64,000 nucleotides of DNA from positions 38,254,001 through 38,318,000 of the forward strand of contig OY740787.1 of the NCBI GenBank assembly GCA_963514005.1, given 5' to 3'. This document shows, one piece after another, positions 1 to 13,042 of the stretch. Made by a program: the position numbers and the translations under genes. Numbering within the stretch: position 1 is the stretch's first letter; each line of letters opens with the position of its first letter. The notes beneath the pieces were generated by a model that searched no databases, had not been told where the DNA came from, and saw nothing but the letters and a program-made list of their open reading frames with translations. The stretch is from Raja brachyura. Taxonomy: Eukaryota.

Positions 1-170
1 GCCACAGGGAAGACGGATCTCCTGTGGTGCACTGTGCTGCATCTTGGCAGAACCAGTCTGTTGCTGAAGGTGCTCCTCAGGTTTACCAGTGTGTCATGGA
101 GCGGGTGAACAGTATTGTCCAGGATTCTCCACAATTTGATGAGCGTCCTCCCCTCCAAGACCACCTCCCA
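1..170 (-). mobile_element. Rex1/Babar-type LINE fragment (RT ORF C-terminus)
   Basis: Minus strand reads ...ILDNTVHPLHDTLVNLRSTFSNRLVLPRCSTVHHRRSVFPVA, matching the HPLH...FSxRL..PRC...SF.P.A C-terminal pattern of Rex1/Babar LINEs. Confidence 0.65.
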
Positions 171-339
171 TGATCACAGACTGGAAAGTAGTTACATGCA
201 TCTCGAATGATATTCAGCTGTAATACTTCCATTAGTTAACGAATCTGCCAACAATCTCTGTGCAAGGTTCCATTAATGTGAATAGTCTCAAATGGAAGAA
301 GCAAAGAGGAGACGGAAATCTCAGATATCAAGACTGACT

Positions 340-495
340 CAAGCTTGATTGATTAGTACGGATGTCAGGGGTTATGGGGAGAGGGCAGGAGAATGCGGTT
401 GAGAGGGAATGATAGATGAGCCATGATTGAATGATGGGGTAAGCTTGATGGGCCGAATGGTCTAATTCTGCTCCTATATCTTATGAACTTATGAA
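340..495 (+). mobile_element. CR1 LINE 3' tail fragment
   Basis: ggggttatggggagagggcagg...gggccgaatggtctaattctgctcctatatcttatgaacttatga resembles the other CR1 3' ends in the window. Confidence 0.75.
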
Positions 496-1659
496 GAATG
501 AGTGACAAACAACAGCTTGCCAAGTTTGTTATTGGCTAAAAAATGAAACATCTGCACAAATCAGCAGATGAATAAAGAAATCAGGGTGAGAATGGTGGGG
601 CATGTTTCAAAAGGGTTAACATTGTGGAAGGTTGTCCTTGCCTATAATTATTCACCAGAGAAAGCCCATGGAAGGCTAAGATATCTAACTCTTTATTATT
701 CTAATATATTTAACCCTGCGCTGCCAATATGCTGAGGCAATGAAAGTTGCTAAAGATGTACGTTTTTCTTCATATGAACCCAAATTGGCTACTATTCCCA
801 CATGGAAATGGTATGTTAAAGCAGTGGGCCACAGGGCCTGGGAAGAGGAGATCTTGGGGTAAAGTCGCTAATGCAGTGTGACAGGAATTTGACTCCAGCT
901 CCTTTCGTGCCCTATCCCCTTCTGGTGATGATTTGCAGGCACTACAATGCGCTTGGATCTGATATCCATCACATCCACCTGCTGAGAATTCTACCAAAAC
1001 ACAAACCACCAAGAAAGAGCATTTTCTCTTTAGATTGGATGCGGAGGAAACATTCTGCATGGTTTCTCTAGAAAATGACACACGAATTGTTTCTTCGGCC
1101 ATGCGATATTTTCAGGCCATTATTGGTCAATGATTGGAAACTAATGCTGATTACAGGATGAAATAAGATTCCCAAACACGCACATTCCTGATGCATCTAC
1201 ATAACATTCCTTTTAGCTGTGCCTGTGTGTTCAATTGAAAACAAAGCCGGTAATTGTGAGCCTTTGTGCGATTAAATGTAATGTGATGAGCATATCACTG
1301 CCAGAATTCAAGACTTTTTTACAATTTTCCAGGTACCTTGGCGAAGAGGCTAGGGAAAGTCTGCTGCAAGAAATGTGTGCACTTGTTGGGACCTGTCAGG
1401 ATGATGAGGGTAACGACCATACTCACACACACTGAGGATTTGAAATGTGAGCAGTTTCAAGCTAGGTGGTGAAAAAATGCAGCACAGCGAAGTGTGATGT
1501 GAACTCTCTTTGCCCCTCCCCATTCCTAAATAAGCAGGGGAATGTAATGGGATTGTCCATCTGTTTTTAAACAAGGGGATTGTTCATCTGCTGAGCAGTT
1601 TTCCCCAGATTAAAGATGATGTGCATCTCTTCCAGTTTTATGAGTATCAGAAAACTGAT

Positions 1660-2515
1660 GAGACCAGTGAGGGACCCTCAGGCTGAGGCACTGATGGTCC
1701 ATAGTGAGACGTCAGATTATGGCACTGATGCCTTTGTGCGTTATCCATAGACTGAGACATCAATGCGAGATCTTCAAACTGTAGCAATGATACACAGGTG
1801 TGAAACGCTCTGACTGTAGCACAGGCCAACCGACTGATGAACGGATGGATCAGTGTTGGGCCCTATATGGATGGACCAGTGTGGGTCCCTCAAACTATAG
1901 CAGAGTCAGACCTGCAGTAGATTGCCAGATTGTAGCACAATCCATCCAGAGGGACCAGTGTGGGATCTTCAAACTGTCACACACACAGACAAATGTGGGA
2001 CGCTGAGTCTACCATTGACAGACCAGTGTGGGAGCTTGAAACTGTAGAGCAGATGGAGCAGTGTAGGATGCACAGATAGCAGCACAAATGGACAGGTGTG
2101 AAATCTTCAGACTGTAGTAAAGACAGACTAGTGTGAGACCCTCAGGCTGAGTTGCAGACACACATGTGTGAGACCCTCAGACTGGGGAGCATGCAGTCCA
2201 GTGTGAAACCCTGCCTCTGTACCAATAGATGGATCAGTGTGTGACCCTAACACTGTAGCACAGACTGACCAGTGCAGGCCTCACAGTGTGTAGCATAGCC
2301 AGACTCTCAATATGTAGAATGGATGGACCAGTGTGGGAACCTCAGACTAAGGCACAGATCATCCAGACTGGAACAGCAGACTGTAGCCCAGACAGACCAG
2401 TGTAGGGCCATCAGACTGAGGTGCAGACAGACCAGTATGGTACCCGCAGATTAGCACAGGCAGACAATTGTAGGACCCTCAGGCTGCAGCACAGATGGAC
2501 CAATGTAGGACCCTC
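1660..2515. repeat. Degenerate minisatellite, ~35-38-bp unit (gaccagtgtgggaccctcagactgtagcacaga-like)
   Basis: The motifs accagtgtg(g/a)gacc and actgtagcac recur with regular spacing and many substitutions. Confidence 0.75.
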
Positions 2516-2780
2516 GGGTGCATTTTGTAAGGTGGTATGCTTCTTGTTCCATTAATGCTGGACCAGTACTCCTGCTGGTTTTCAGTGTTATCTCCTTCTC
2601 CACTGTACGATATTTGAAAATATTGGTGAATCGTTTCTTCTAACTACCTAATAACCTCTTCTTGCGACACAGCTCAGAACAGAGTGTTCATTTTGGATGT
2701 TTGACATTGAGCCTGTGAGTGTTGTGGTTGTCCACTGGAGTTAACAGCATGTAACTTGGGCCTCAGTGCTGGGAATATTG

Positions 2781-3812
2781 TAGCAATGTTACAAAATTTT
2801 GAGATTTTAAAAATCAAGTCTGCAATTTATCCCATCAGATAAAGCATAAAAAGAAGTTTAATTTGACACCTAATTTACTTTCATATCTTCAGTATTAAGA
2901 AAGTTATAGCCATTTTCATACTCGGAAATTAGCATCTTGCTCCCCATTGCCTTTCAATTGACAACTCAAAAGCTGTGATCTGGAAAAGTTAAAAGCCCAT
3001 AACTTTCTTAAAAATTAAGAGAACTCAACGAAATTTTCAGTTATTATAGATTGAAGCATTCTGAAACAAATATGAAACAATCTTACTTGGATGACCTGAA
3101 ATTAAAGCATATAATTAGTTAGTTATCTAATTGTAGCTAATTACAAAATTCAATTAGTAGATCTAAACATCTATCCATTTCTTAAGAAAAGATAAACTTT
3201 TTTTTAATTGCCTAAGTGGCCAAATAACATTCACACAATAATCCACAATATAACATAATTTTTAAATCTCATTTTCATGAATTTCTGGGCCAAATGGAAG
3301 GAATTTAGTGTTTGATTCCTGTAAATTAATGGCCATTTAAATCAACTAGCGAGTGAGTTTTAGTGGAATGCGGTGGATTGGAACGCTGCGGTTAGCGGTG
3401 AAGTTGGGAGGAAAAATACTGTTTGTTCATAGATTTTTTGGGACCCCATTTCGCAACATAAAAATATTATTAAAGCCTCCCGAAAAACCAACTTTTAATA
3501 TAAAAATAAACTATTTACCTTTTCTTCTCCCCTAAGCAAAATCCTTCCGGTTGTCGGTGCTCACGGCTTTTGAAGGTGATTTTTAAATTACTCTAGTTAA
3601 TAAATAATTTAGAGTAATTTAAAAATACCTTAATTGATGAAATGTCGGAGCGATTTTTCTTCCGCAACGAAATCGCCCGACATTCATCGATTTGGCCTGC
3701 CTGTTGAAAAACGGCACTTTAAGCCCGCCCCCCTCTGAAAAGCGCCAAACTCGCGCACACGGGGAGCGGCAGAACTGCAGCGCTGCTCAAGGTAAGTTTT
3801 GCAACATACCTA
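2781..3812. mobile_element. Non-autonomous DNA transposon, copy 1 of 3 (TAG..CTA ends, 7-bp TSD; hATw-like)
   Basis: Imperfect TIRs TAGCAATGTTACAAAA / TAGGTATGTTGCAAAA; TSD AATATTG at 2774-2780 and 3813-3819; nearly identical to 6868-7899 and 9391-10414. Confidence 0.9.
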
Positions 3813-3819
3813 AATATTG

Positions 3820-4932
3820 CCCTTCGAGAAGACATTCACATTTGGTCCCTTCTCCTGACCGTGAATTTGCAGGGTTGCAAGTAATTCTCCAGCAGCTTGA
3901 GTATCTGCTGTCTATGGTCTAGATCACAGAAACATGAGAAAAACCAGGACCACTGTGAGCTGGAAGACCAGGAACCTCTTTGCACACTGTGGGATTTACG
4001 TCCAAACACCCTTTTTCACAGATGGGCAAAGACTGTGCTGATGCACTGAAAGTGATGGTGAATTTCCTCATGTTTAACACCAAAACATGGGAAGTGGTCC
4101 ATGTTCTCCAGTATTTCGTCATGAATCACTTTTATCAGAACGTGGTGGTATACAAAATGCCCCCACTGTTCATATGAAGGGTGACAATCCCAGAGAGTGG
4201 GCATGTTGAGGTTGATAAAGAGCCAGTGATTCTGGTGCATAGTTCCTCGATCATGCTGTCCAAGTCATTTGGTAGAACACCTCATCACCAGAACTTTAAA
4301 TCAAACACCAAGATTTTGCCATTCATGAGAAGGACTCTCCATGTCAGAATCTTTCCGCACAGATGGAATCTTAATCCCGCTGGATTCTACCCTTGAGGTG
4401 ACTGTGGTGTGGGGGAAGCTATTTGGAGTGCATGTTTATCAGGAAGGTTTGGAACAGGATGCAACGGTCTTTGTTGAGGTTCTTCCTGAACAGCTGTGCA
4501 ATACAGGACTCTGAGCTCTGCAGGCTGTATGCAGGAACACATGCTGATCACTGCTGAAAGATCATTTACTCCATGTAAGGCAAATGTTGATCTGACTACA
4601 ATTTGTTGGTATTCCAGTATCAGGAGTTATGCACAGTCGGATCCTGCTGACTGGCACACCCTGGGGTGGAAGAGTATGTACTGACAAATACACTGAAGCT
4701 CGGTGCAGTCAATGCAAAGGACAGTCCTGGACCTTCTGCCAGTGGACAGAGAGATGTGCCCTGTATATTGAGCTCTCATTGCTGATGGAAGGTTTGTTTC
4801 TGAAAAATAGATATCATGTTGACATAACATAAATATTACAAGTGAATGCAAAATGAATGCCAGCTATAGTGAATTAATGTAATACAAAGTGTGTATCACT
4901 GTTTATTTTATGAATAAAGTATATTTTAGGAA
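3820..4932 (+). mobile_element. Degenerate Tx1-like LINE remnant
   Basis: About 4270-4730 aligns by eye with 54820-55300 of the younger Tx1 copy (ctcatcaccagaact...; gctcggtgcagtcaatgcaaagg); ends aataaagtatattttagg. The identity of 3820-4270 is uncertain. Confidence 0.65.
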
Positions 4933-5614
4933 ACAGAACTGCCAAAGTTCTATCAACATCCCTTGACATGTTCTTTAATGAGGGACTGTAATCAGGAGAA
5001 CTTGTGTGCTTGATTTAAAGTTCTGATTTATTCCACAATCTGATGTGGGCCTGATTTCTCTGGAGATTGACTCTCAGGCACTAATGTGTATTTAGCTGGC
5101 GCAGTAGTTGCCACTGCTGCTTAACATATCCAGTGACTTGATTTTGCCCAGATCTTGTGAGGACTTTGAACATTCTCCCAGTGATTACATGAGTTTCCTA
5201 CAGGTGCTCCTGTATACCCCTACATCCCCAAGGCAGCTGATTGCTGGGTTAATTGTCCACAGTGAATTATTCCATCATCTAGTTAAGGGGCAAAAGTATC
5301 AAAAGGGTTGGTGGAAATATGGGACAGAATCAATTTTAGGAACTGAGGAAATAAAGGAGAAGGTGGGACTGATGGGATTACTTCCCATGATCAGTGGACC
5401 TAATGGCCTGCCGTGTTGTAATACTGTAGGTAAGTAAATAATGTATGCAACTCTATAAAAAATTTAGCGCCTAACAACATTACTTTTATATTTCTAGAAG
5501 CAAGACTATTTATGGGACAGTCAAGATGTGAACAGTTACTTATAAAGTATTTGTAAATATATGGAAATGCTAAATGGCCTACCAGCACTTATACCACAGT
5601 GATTCAGTGGACAC

Positions 5615-6137
5615 TTGGATTGCCAACTGTCCCGTAATAGCCGGGACATCCTGTTTTTTTGGCTAAATTAGTTTGTTCCGTATGGGACCACCCTGGTCCC
5701 ATATTTTGACTGCTGGTACTCAGGTCGAGGGGACTGTTGGGTCGGAGCACCGCATCCGGCCCCCCGCCTTATCCATCCTGATGTAGTGCAGCCCATGGAG
5801 TGCAGCAGCAGCGCCTCGCCCGTGGCCCCATCAGTCTGCAGCCTGGCCAGCTGTCCGACCTTCGGACCTTTGCTTACTGCCGACACCACCACCTACCCTT
5901 CTCATGGCCAATCATCGGTTCATGAGTTGGATGGGGTGGCGGACTATGCGTGTGATGTTGCGTGAACCAAAATTCCTCAGTTGGCCTGCTGCCTGTGCTT
6001 TGTGTGCAGTTCAGCACCCAGGCCAACTCATCATTCACCCAGCCATGGCCGAGTCAGTCAATACATTGCCGTTGGGAATTTGTCCCGTATTTTGACCCTT
6101 TGTCCCTTATATGGTAGTGTGAAAGTTGGCAACCCGA
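5615..6137. mobile_element. hAT-family MITE (TAGGGTTGCCAAC-type TIR)
   Basis: Ends ttggattgccaact / agttggcaacccga; 8-bp TSD GTGGACAC (5607-5614) and GTGGCCAC (6138-6145) with one mismatch. Confidence 0.75.
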
Positions 6138-6164
6138 GTGGCCACTCACCTTGCAAAGAGTCAT

Positions 6165-6296
6165 TGAAGACACAAGAGACTGCATATGTTGGGATCTTCA
6201 ACAAAAAACATACTGCTGGAGCCAATAGTTCAGGCAGCATCTGTGCAGAAAATAGACAGACCAGGACCCTTTTAGGTCAGGACCCTTCTTCAGACC
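6165..6296 (-). mobile_element. Degenerate Penelope terminal (pLTR-like) fragment
   Basis: caggcagcatctgtg...ggtcaggacccttcttcagac is similar to the arms of the fold-back elements at 28030 and 57547. Confidence 0.6.
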
Positions 6297-6799
6297 TAAG
6301 AAATTATTCCCGGGTGGAAGTGAGAAATTCCCTGAAACTTTGGTTAGGATTAAGGAAGTTAAGACCTACTGTACATTCTGCATAGTATTTATTTGTCCAT
6401 GAACACTGAAAACAGTTTATCTGATATTACCACATCACCGTGAGATAAAAACAGAAGATGTTAGAAACCTTCAGCAAGTCAGCAAGTCAGGCAGCATCCA
6501 AGCAGGGAGAAACAGTGAACATTTTGACTTGATGGCATTTCATCGCAGTGATGCAAACTTTATGTATGAAATTGCAGAGAAATGGGAGTGACAACTTGCT
6601 TCATTGGCTGTTCAAATCTTTAGGGATGTCTTGAAGTTGTGAAAGGTAACAAACATTTTTTTTCCTTTCAAGCAACTAACACCCCTCATTTCCAAATCAG
6701 AGAGTTGTTTAGGACAGGGGCAGGGGATCAGCTAACATTTGAAGCAACATGTTCCAGACTTGATGTTGTTCAATGAAATGAACAACATTTAAGGAATCA

Positions 6800-7970
6800 C
6801 TTAAGGAATCAAGAGATATGGGGAAAAAGCCGGAACTGATTTTGGATGATCAGCCACGATCATATTGTAGCAATGTTACAAAATTTTGAGATTTTAAAAA
6901 TCAAGTCTGCAATTTATCCCATCAGATAAAGCATAAAAAGAAGTTTAATTTGACACCTAATTTACTTTCATATCTTCAGTATTAAGAAAGTTATGGCCAT
7001 TTTCATACTCGGAAATTAGCATCTTGTTCCCCATTGCCTTTCAATTGACTTAACTTAAAAGCTGTGATCTGGAAAAGTTAAAAGTCCATAACTTTCTTAA
7101 AAATTAAGAGAACTCAATGAAATTTTCAGTTATTATAGATTGAAGCATTCTGAAACAAATATGAAACAATCTTACTTGGATGACCTGAAATTAAAGCATA
7201 TAATTAGTTAGTTATCTAATTGTAGCTAATTACAAAATTCAATGAGTAGATCTAAACATCTATCCATTTCTTAAGAAAAGATAAACTTTTTTAAAATTGC
7301 CTAAGTATCCAAATAACATTCACACAATAATCCACAATATAACATAATTTTTAAATCTCATTTTCATGAATTTCTGGGCCAAATGGAAGGAATTTAGTTT
7401 TTGATTCCTGTAAATTAATGGCCATTTAAATCAACTAGCGAGTGGGTTTTAGTGGAATGCGGTGGATTGGAACGTTGCGGTTAGCGGTGAAGTCGGGGTG
7501 AAAAATACTGTTTGTTCATACATTTCTTGGGAGCCCATTTCGCAACATAAAAATATTATTAAAGCCTCCCGAAAAACCAACTTTTAATATAAAAATAAAC
7601 TATTTACCTTTTCTTCTCCCCTACGCAAAATCCTTCCGGTTGTCGGTGCTCACGGCTTTTGAAGGTGATTTTTAAATTACTCTAGCTAATAAATAACAGA
7701 GTAATTTAAAAATACCTTCATTGATGAAATGTCGGAGCGATTTTTCTTCCGCAACCAAATCGCCCAACATTCATCGATTTGTCCTGCCTATTGAAAAACG
7801 GCACTTTAAGCCCGCCCCCCTCTGAAAGGCGCCAAAGTCGCGCACACGGGGAGCGGCAGAAGTGCAGCGCTGCTCAAGGTAAGTTTTGCAACATACTTAC
7901 ATATTGAATGGTGGTGCTGGCTCGAAGGGCTGAATGGCCTACTCCTGTGCCTATTTTCTATGTTTCTATG
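6800..7970 (+). mobile_element. CR1 3' tail split by DNA transposon copy 2
   Basis: gatcagccacgatcatattg | aatggtggtgctggctcgaagggc...ttttctatgtttctatg is continuous once 6868-7906 is removed. Confidence 0.85.
6868..7899. mobile_element. Non-autonomous DNA transposon, copy 2 of 3 (7-bp TSD)
   Basis: Same termini as copy 1; TSD CATATTG at 6861-6867 and 7900-7906, confirmed by the interrupted CR1 tail. Confidence 0.92.
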
Positions 7971-8569
7971 TGTGTAACTTAAATTATCCTATTAGACAGT
8001 CACAAGTGGTTGAATTTAAAAGCAGTAGTATACATGTGGCTAGCTCTTCAAAGCTAATTGTCAAATGTATTCTTCACATGGGTGTTGCTAAAGGGAGTTC
8101 TTATATAAAATTCAAAAATAGGAGAAAAAAAAACTTTTTTTACTTTTTGCTCTTTGAATAGAACATCGGGCAGTCCAACATCAGGCAGTTGGCATGATTA
8201 CTGACAGCGGTAACATGACTCTGTGAACAATCTTGCTCAAAATATGAAGGCAATTCAACTTCAATGCAGGTCACATAGCTCTCAGGGGAAGTACGCAATA
8301 CTCATGATGCAGACAGCACGACAGAAACATGTTCCAGGAAGCACCGTTCTTTTCTGGGCATTGTGGAAAGATCACATTCTTGACACAAAATAATAATTTG
8401 ATGCTTGTTGTTTGACATACCTGTGGCTTATTAAGTCCTGCAATACCTGTTCATTCACATCTGTTGTACCTCGACTTCAGATTTGAAAACTTTCATCAAA
8501 ACGTTGACAATTAAATTACAGTACAGTACAATGAAATACAGTATTTCCCATTCAGAGTGAAGGATGTCC

Positions 8570-9015
8570 ATTAGTTTAGTTTAGTTTACTTCAGTTTAGT
8601 TTATTGTCGCGCACAGGTACAGTGAAAAGCTTTTTGTTGTGTGCTAACCAGTCAGCAGACAGACTATACATGATTACAGTCAAGCCGTCCACAGTGTATA
8701 AATACATAATAAAGGGAATAATGTTTAGTGCATGATAAAGTCCAGTAAAGTTCAATTAAAGATAGTCCGAGGATCTCCAACGACGTAGATGGGAGCTCAG
8801 GACCACTCTCCAGTTCAGTTGCTTGATAATAGCTGGGAAGAAACTGTCCCTGAAGCTGGAGGTATGTACACGTTTTTTCACACTTGTACTTTTGCTTAAT
8901 GAGAGAGGGGAGAAGAGGGAGAGACCAGTGTGAGACTCATCCTTGATTATGCTGGCGGCCTTGCCGAGGCAACGTGAAGTGCAGATGGAGTCAATGGAAG
9001 GGAAGCTGCTTTGGG
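8570..9015 (-). mobile_element. Rex1/Babar-like LINE 3' fragment
   Basis: ORF 8756-9043 contains PSIDSICTSRCLGKAASIIKDESH...SFFPAIIKQLN; (ctaaa)n tail on the minus strand at 8570-8600. Confidence 0.7.
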
Positions 9016-9390
9016 TCTCTGCTTCAAAATGTAAGGTCAGCACTTCATCAGCGCTGCTTCATTTTTATATTCATTTGCACAGAGGCTTGTTCTCCCCATG
9101 AGGCTAACATCCAGACTCGAATTGTGCTCCTTAATCCAATGCGATGGTGGCAAAGACTGCAATTTTCTGTGCTGGCAATGCACTGTACCCATCTAATCAC
9201 ACTTTCCACTTCACTGAACTAATCTCTATCTTGTCAAGTATATTTACCAATGGGCAATGAATGGATGCCCCAAAAAACTAAGGTGCAGCCGGAAATACAT
9301 TCAAAGGAAAGGAAAACCTGCTCTTAACGAATCAGGGGTGAATTATGTTAATTTCATGTCCCTGCCTCTTCAGCTCTGTGATGTAAAGAG

Positions 9391-10414
9391 TAGCAATGTT
9401 ACAAAATTTTGAGATTTAAAAAATCAAGTCTGCAATTTATCCCATCAGATAAAGCATACAAAGAAGTTTAATTTGACACCTAATTCACTTTCATATCTTC
9501 AGTATTAAGAAAGTTATGACCATTTTCATACTCGGAAATTAGCATCTTGTTCCCCATTGCTTTCAATTGACTTAACTCAAAAGCTGTGATCTAGAACCGT
9601 TAAAAGCCCATAAAATTAAGAGAACTCAATGAAATTTTCAGTTATTGTAGATGGAAGCATTCTGAAACAAATATGAAACAATCTTACTTGGATGACCTGA
9701 AATTAAAGCATATAATTAGTTGGTTATCTAATTGTAGCTAATTACAAAATTCAATGAGTAGATCTAAACATCTATCAATTTCTTAAGAAAAGATAAACTT
9801 TTTTTTAATTGCCTAAGTGTCCAAATAACATTCACACAATAACCCACAATATAACATAATTTTTAAATCTAATTTTTATGAATTTCTGGGCCAAATGGAA
9901 GGAATTTAGTGTTTAATGCCTGTAAATTAATGGCCATTTAAGTCAACTAGCGAGTGGGTTTTAGTGGAATGCAGTGGATTGGAACGTTGTGGTTTGCGGT
10001 GAAGTCGGGAGGAAAAATACTGTTGGTTCATACATTTTTTTTGGACCCCATTTCGCAACATGAAAATATTATTAAAGCCTCCATAAAAACCAACTTTTAA
10101 TATAAAAATAAACTGTGTACCTTTTTTTCTCCCCTACACAAAATCCTTCCCATTGTCGGCGCTCACGGCTTCTGAAGGTGATTTTTAAATTACTCTAGAT
10201 AATAAATAATCTAGTGTAATTTAAAAATACCTTCATTAATGAAATGTCGGAGCAATTTTACTTCCGCAACAAAATCGCCCGACATGGATCGATTTGCCCA
10301 GTCTGTAGAAAAACGGCACTTTAAGCCCGCCCCCCTCTGAAAGGCGCCAAAGCCACGCACACAGGGAGCGGCAGAACTGCAGCGCTGCTCAAGGTAATGT
10401 TTGTAACATACCTA
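9391..10414. mobile_element. Non-autonomous DNA transposon, copy 3 of 3 (7-bp TSD)
   Basis: Same termini; TSD TAAAGAG at 9384-9390 and 10415-10421; somewhat more diverged than copies 1 and 2. Confidence 0.9.
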
Positions 10415-10532
10415 TAAAGAGCAGAAACTTTTTGCTTCCCAGTGGAAATGGTTGGAATGCTGTCCAGAGCGTTCCTGTAGTGAACAATTTGATGTCTCAG
10501 TGTATTTTTAAGGAAGCTGCTTGCATTTTTGT

Positions 10533-10838
10533 AGTTTAGTTTGGATATACAGTGCGGAAACATGCCTTCGGCACACTGAGTCCACGCTGACCAGTGATCC
10601 CCACATACTAACACTATCCTACACACACTAGGGACAATTTAAAATTTTACCAAGCCAATTAGCCTACAAACCTGTATGTTTTTGGAGTGTGGGAGGAAAC
10701 TGGAGCATGTGGAGAAAATTCACACAGGTCATGGGGAGAATGTACAAACTCCATACAGACAGCACCCATAATCAGGAATCAACCCAGGTGTCTGGCACTG
10801 TGAGGCAGCAACGCTACCATTGCGACACGGTTCCACCC
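10533..10838 (-). mobile_element. tRNA-derived SINE (HE1-like)
   Basis: Reverse complement of the 13595-13904 copy: tRNA-like head, body and (ctaaa)n tail. Confidence 0.85.
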
Positions 10839-11339
10839 TTCAATCAGTTCATCCGATTACTCCTCTCCCCGGCAACATACCCAGTCCCACCACCTGACAA
10901 ATTCAAAACCAAATTTGTAAACGAAGGTACATTCCAGGCATTGCCCAAACCCAGGAGCTTTCAGTAAGGTTTATGAGTGACCATCCGTGAATAAAACCTT
11001 TGTGCAACACGTTGGCCTCAAGTAAGGATTAGAATCGGTCAGGCAGAGCTGACTTGTGCTCACCAGCAAATGACACAATGTAGCATGGAATGCAATTCTT
11101 CTCTCCCATGTCAACATACCCACCATCTTCTGGAAAATAACAACATTTCAAGTTGAGATGAGAGTAATATTTAGTGATTCATTTATCCGCAGAATAGGAA
11201 ATAAGTAGCGATGAATGGGAATGTATCCGAGGACGTCTGTCAGGTGACACCAGCCAAGTTGAACCGTATACTCCAGCAACTGGAGACAGCCAAGACTAAA
11301 TTCAACAGCAACTAGAAGCTGAGGGATTTTGACTTTTTA

Positions 11340-11690
11340 TAAGATCATAAGATCATAAGACCATGTGATAGGAGCAGAATTAGACCATTTGACCCATCAA
11401 ATCTATTCTGCCATTCAATCATGGCTGATTTATCTCTCCCTCCTAACCCCATTCTCCTGCATTCTGCCCATAACCTCTGACACCTGTACTAATCAGGTAT
11501 CTATCTACCTCTGCTTTAAATATATCCACTGACTTTGCCTCCATAGCCTTCTGCGGCAAATAATTCCACAGATTCACCACCCTCTAAAGAAATTCCTCCT
11601 CATCTCCTTCCTAAAAGAACATCCTTTAATTCTGAGGGTATGACCACTAGTGGAAACATCCTCTCCACATCCTCTCTATCCAAACCGGGG
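11340..11690 (-). mobile_element. CR1 LINE 3' fragment
   Basis: Reverse complement of the CR1 tail (tcataagatcataag...ggagcagaattagaccatt...ccattcaatcatggctgat) plus ORF2 end (DVERMFPLV). Confidence 0.8.
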
Positions 11691-11756
11691 CTGAAAGGAA
11701 TAACATTTCGAGCCCTCTCTAGAGTGTCCAAATGAATAGCGCTGACAATAACGTTA

Positions 11757-12334
11757 AGGGCCTGTCCCACCAGCATGCAACTGTATGCGATGAACGCGAT
11801 CAAACTAGAAGCGGGGGCCGCGCGGAGGTCGGGTGATCCCCTGTACAGGTCCGTTCCCACCAGCATGCACGTGCATGCGGCAAGCGCAACCAAACCGGCA
11901 GTAGAGGCCGCGCGGAGGTCGGGTGAGTGGCGCTACGCGGCGCAAAGTGAGGCGAACTTGGAGCGAAGTCCAAGGTAAGTTCGCCAGGCCAGAGAGGGGC
12001 ACACAGAGAGGGGCACCGAGGCACACACACACACAGGGCCACGGAGCCACACACATAGAGGGTCACGGAGGCACTTACAAATAGGTTCACGGAGGCACGA
12101 TGTCGGGGCGGTGTGTAAATGTCGAGGCGACTGTGAGCCGACAAGCCGTTGCCGCGCGGAATTTTTGGACATAGTCGGTTTTTCGGAGCCCCGCGCGGTG
12201 TCGGGACGAACTCCGCACAATTCCGCACGGCTCCGGCAATCGAAATGGGACCGGCCCCGCGACGCCGGACGGCTCAAGCGACCACGTTAGGTCGCGCTAA
12301 TCGCATAGAGTTGCATGCTGGTGGGACAGGCCCT
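11757..12334. mobile_element. PIF/Harbinger MITE, family A
   Basis: TIR AGGGCCTGTCCCACCAGCATGCAACT at both ends; 3-bp TTA TSD (11754-11756, 12335-12337); CpG-rich interior. Confidence 0.88.
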
Positions 12335-13042
12335 TTACTTAGTTTTAGCTTTATCAGGTCTTGGGAACATTAAGCATATTAGAATGTTTCAGTAATTCAA
12401 ATTCAGACTCACTAAAGACACACTTTGGCCAACGCTAGCAATCAGCAATGAAGCAGTGGCACTGTCAGCTAACGACAAGACTTGGCAATCTTTAGTGCAA
12501 GAACATCCTCTTTTTGCATATTAGGCAGCTGTTAAGAGTCATTTCAGTGGAGATATCTGGTGATGTAATCAGTTGCTTAAGCAGCAAGACACAATAAAAG
12601 CATTCCCACAGACAGGAAACTAGAGGCATGAAGTACAGCATTTAACATTGTTTTAGACATTATACAGAATGAAAGTTTTCGATGTATAAGGTTGAGATAT
12701 AAATGTTTTAATTTATTTTAATATGATTCCTCATGTTTTTAAAGAATTATATAAAAATTCTGCTGCCTATTAATGTAATTAGTTGCTCAGGGCCAGATAA
12801 TTTGCTCAGTATTAATTATTGTTTGGTACACTGCTATCACAGAATCAGTACTGAAGTTATTGTCTTTTTCACAGAATATGGATCTACTCCAACTGTTTCC
12901 TCAGTTCATATGTTTGTTCCTCATTTGCTTGGGCCTAGTGTATGATCACACTCGTTTGCCATATCCCCTGACTAAGCACAGACCAGTGATCAAAACTTGT
13001 AACATTTTGATCTGCACAGTTAGTTAATTGCACCCAGAACAA

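Noticed and set aside
770-1102. 110-aa minus-strand ORF as a host gene
   Set aside because: No recognisable domain or splice support; may be decayed TE or a chance ORF.
1333-1409. Possible 77-nt exon (ttttccag|...|gtaac)
   Set aside because: Plausible splice signals, but no recognisable peptide and no partner exons; needs RNA-seq.
11600-12373. Cluster of overlapping ORFs in GC-rich DNA
   Set aside because: By-product of the CpG-rich Harbinger MITE; no transposase motifs.
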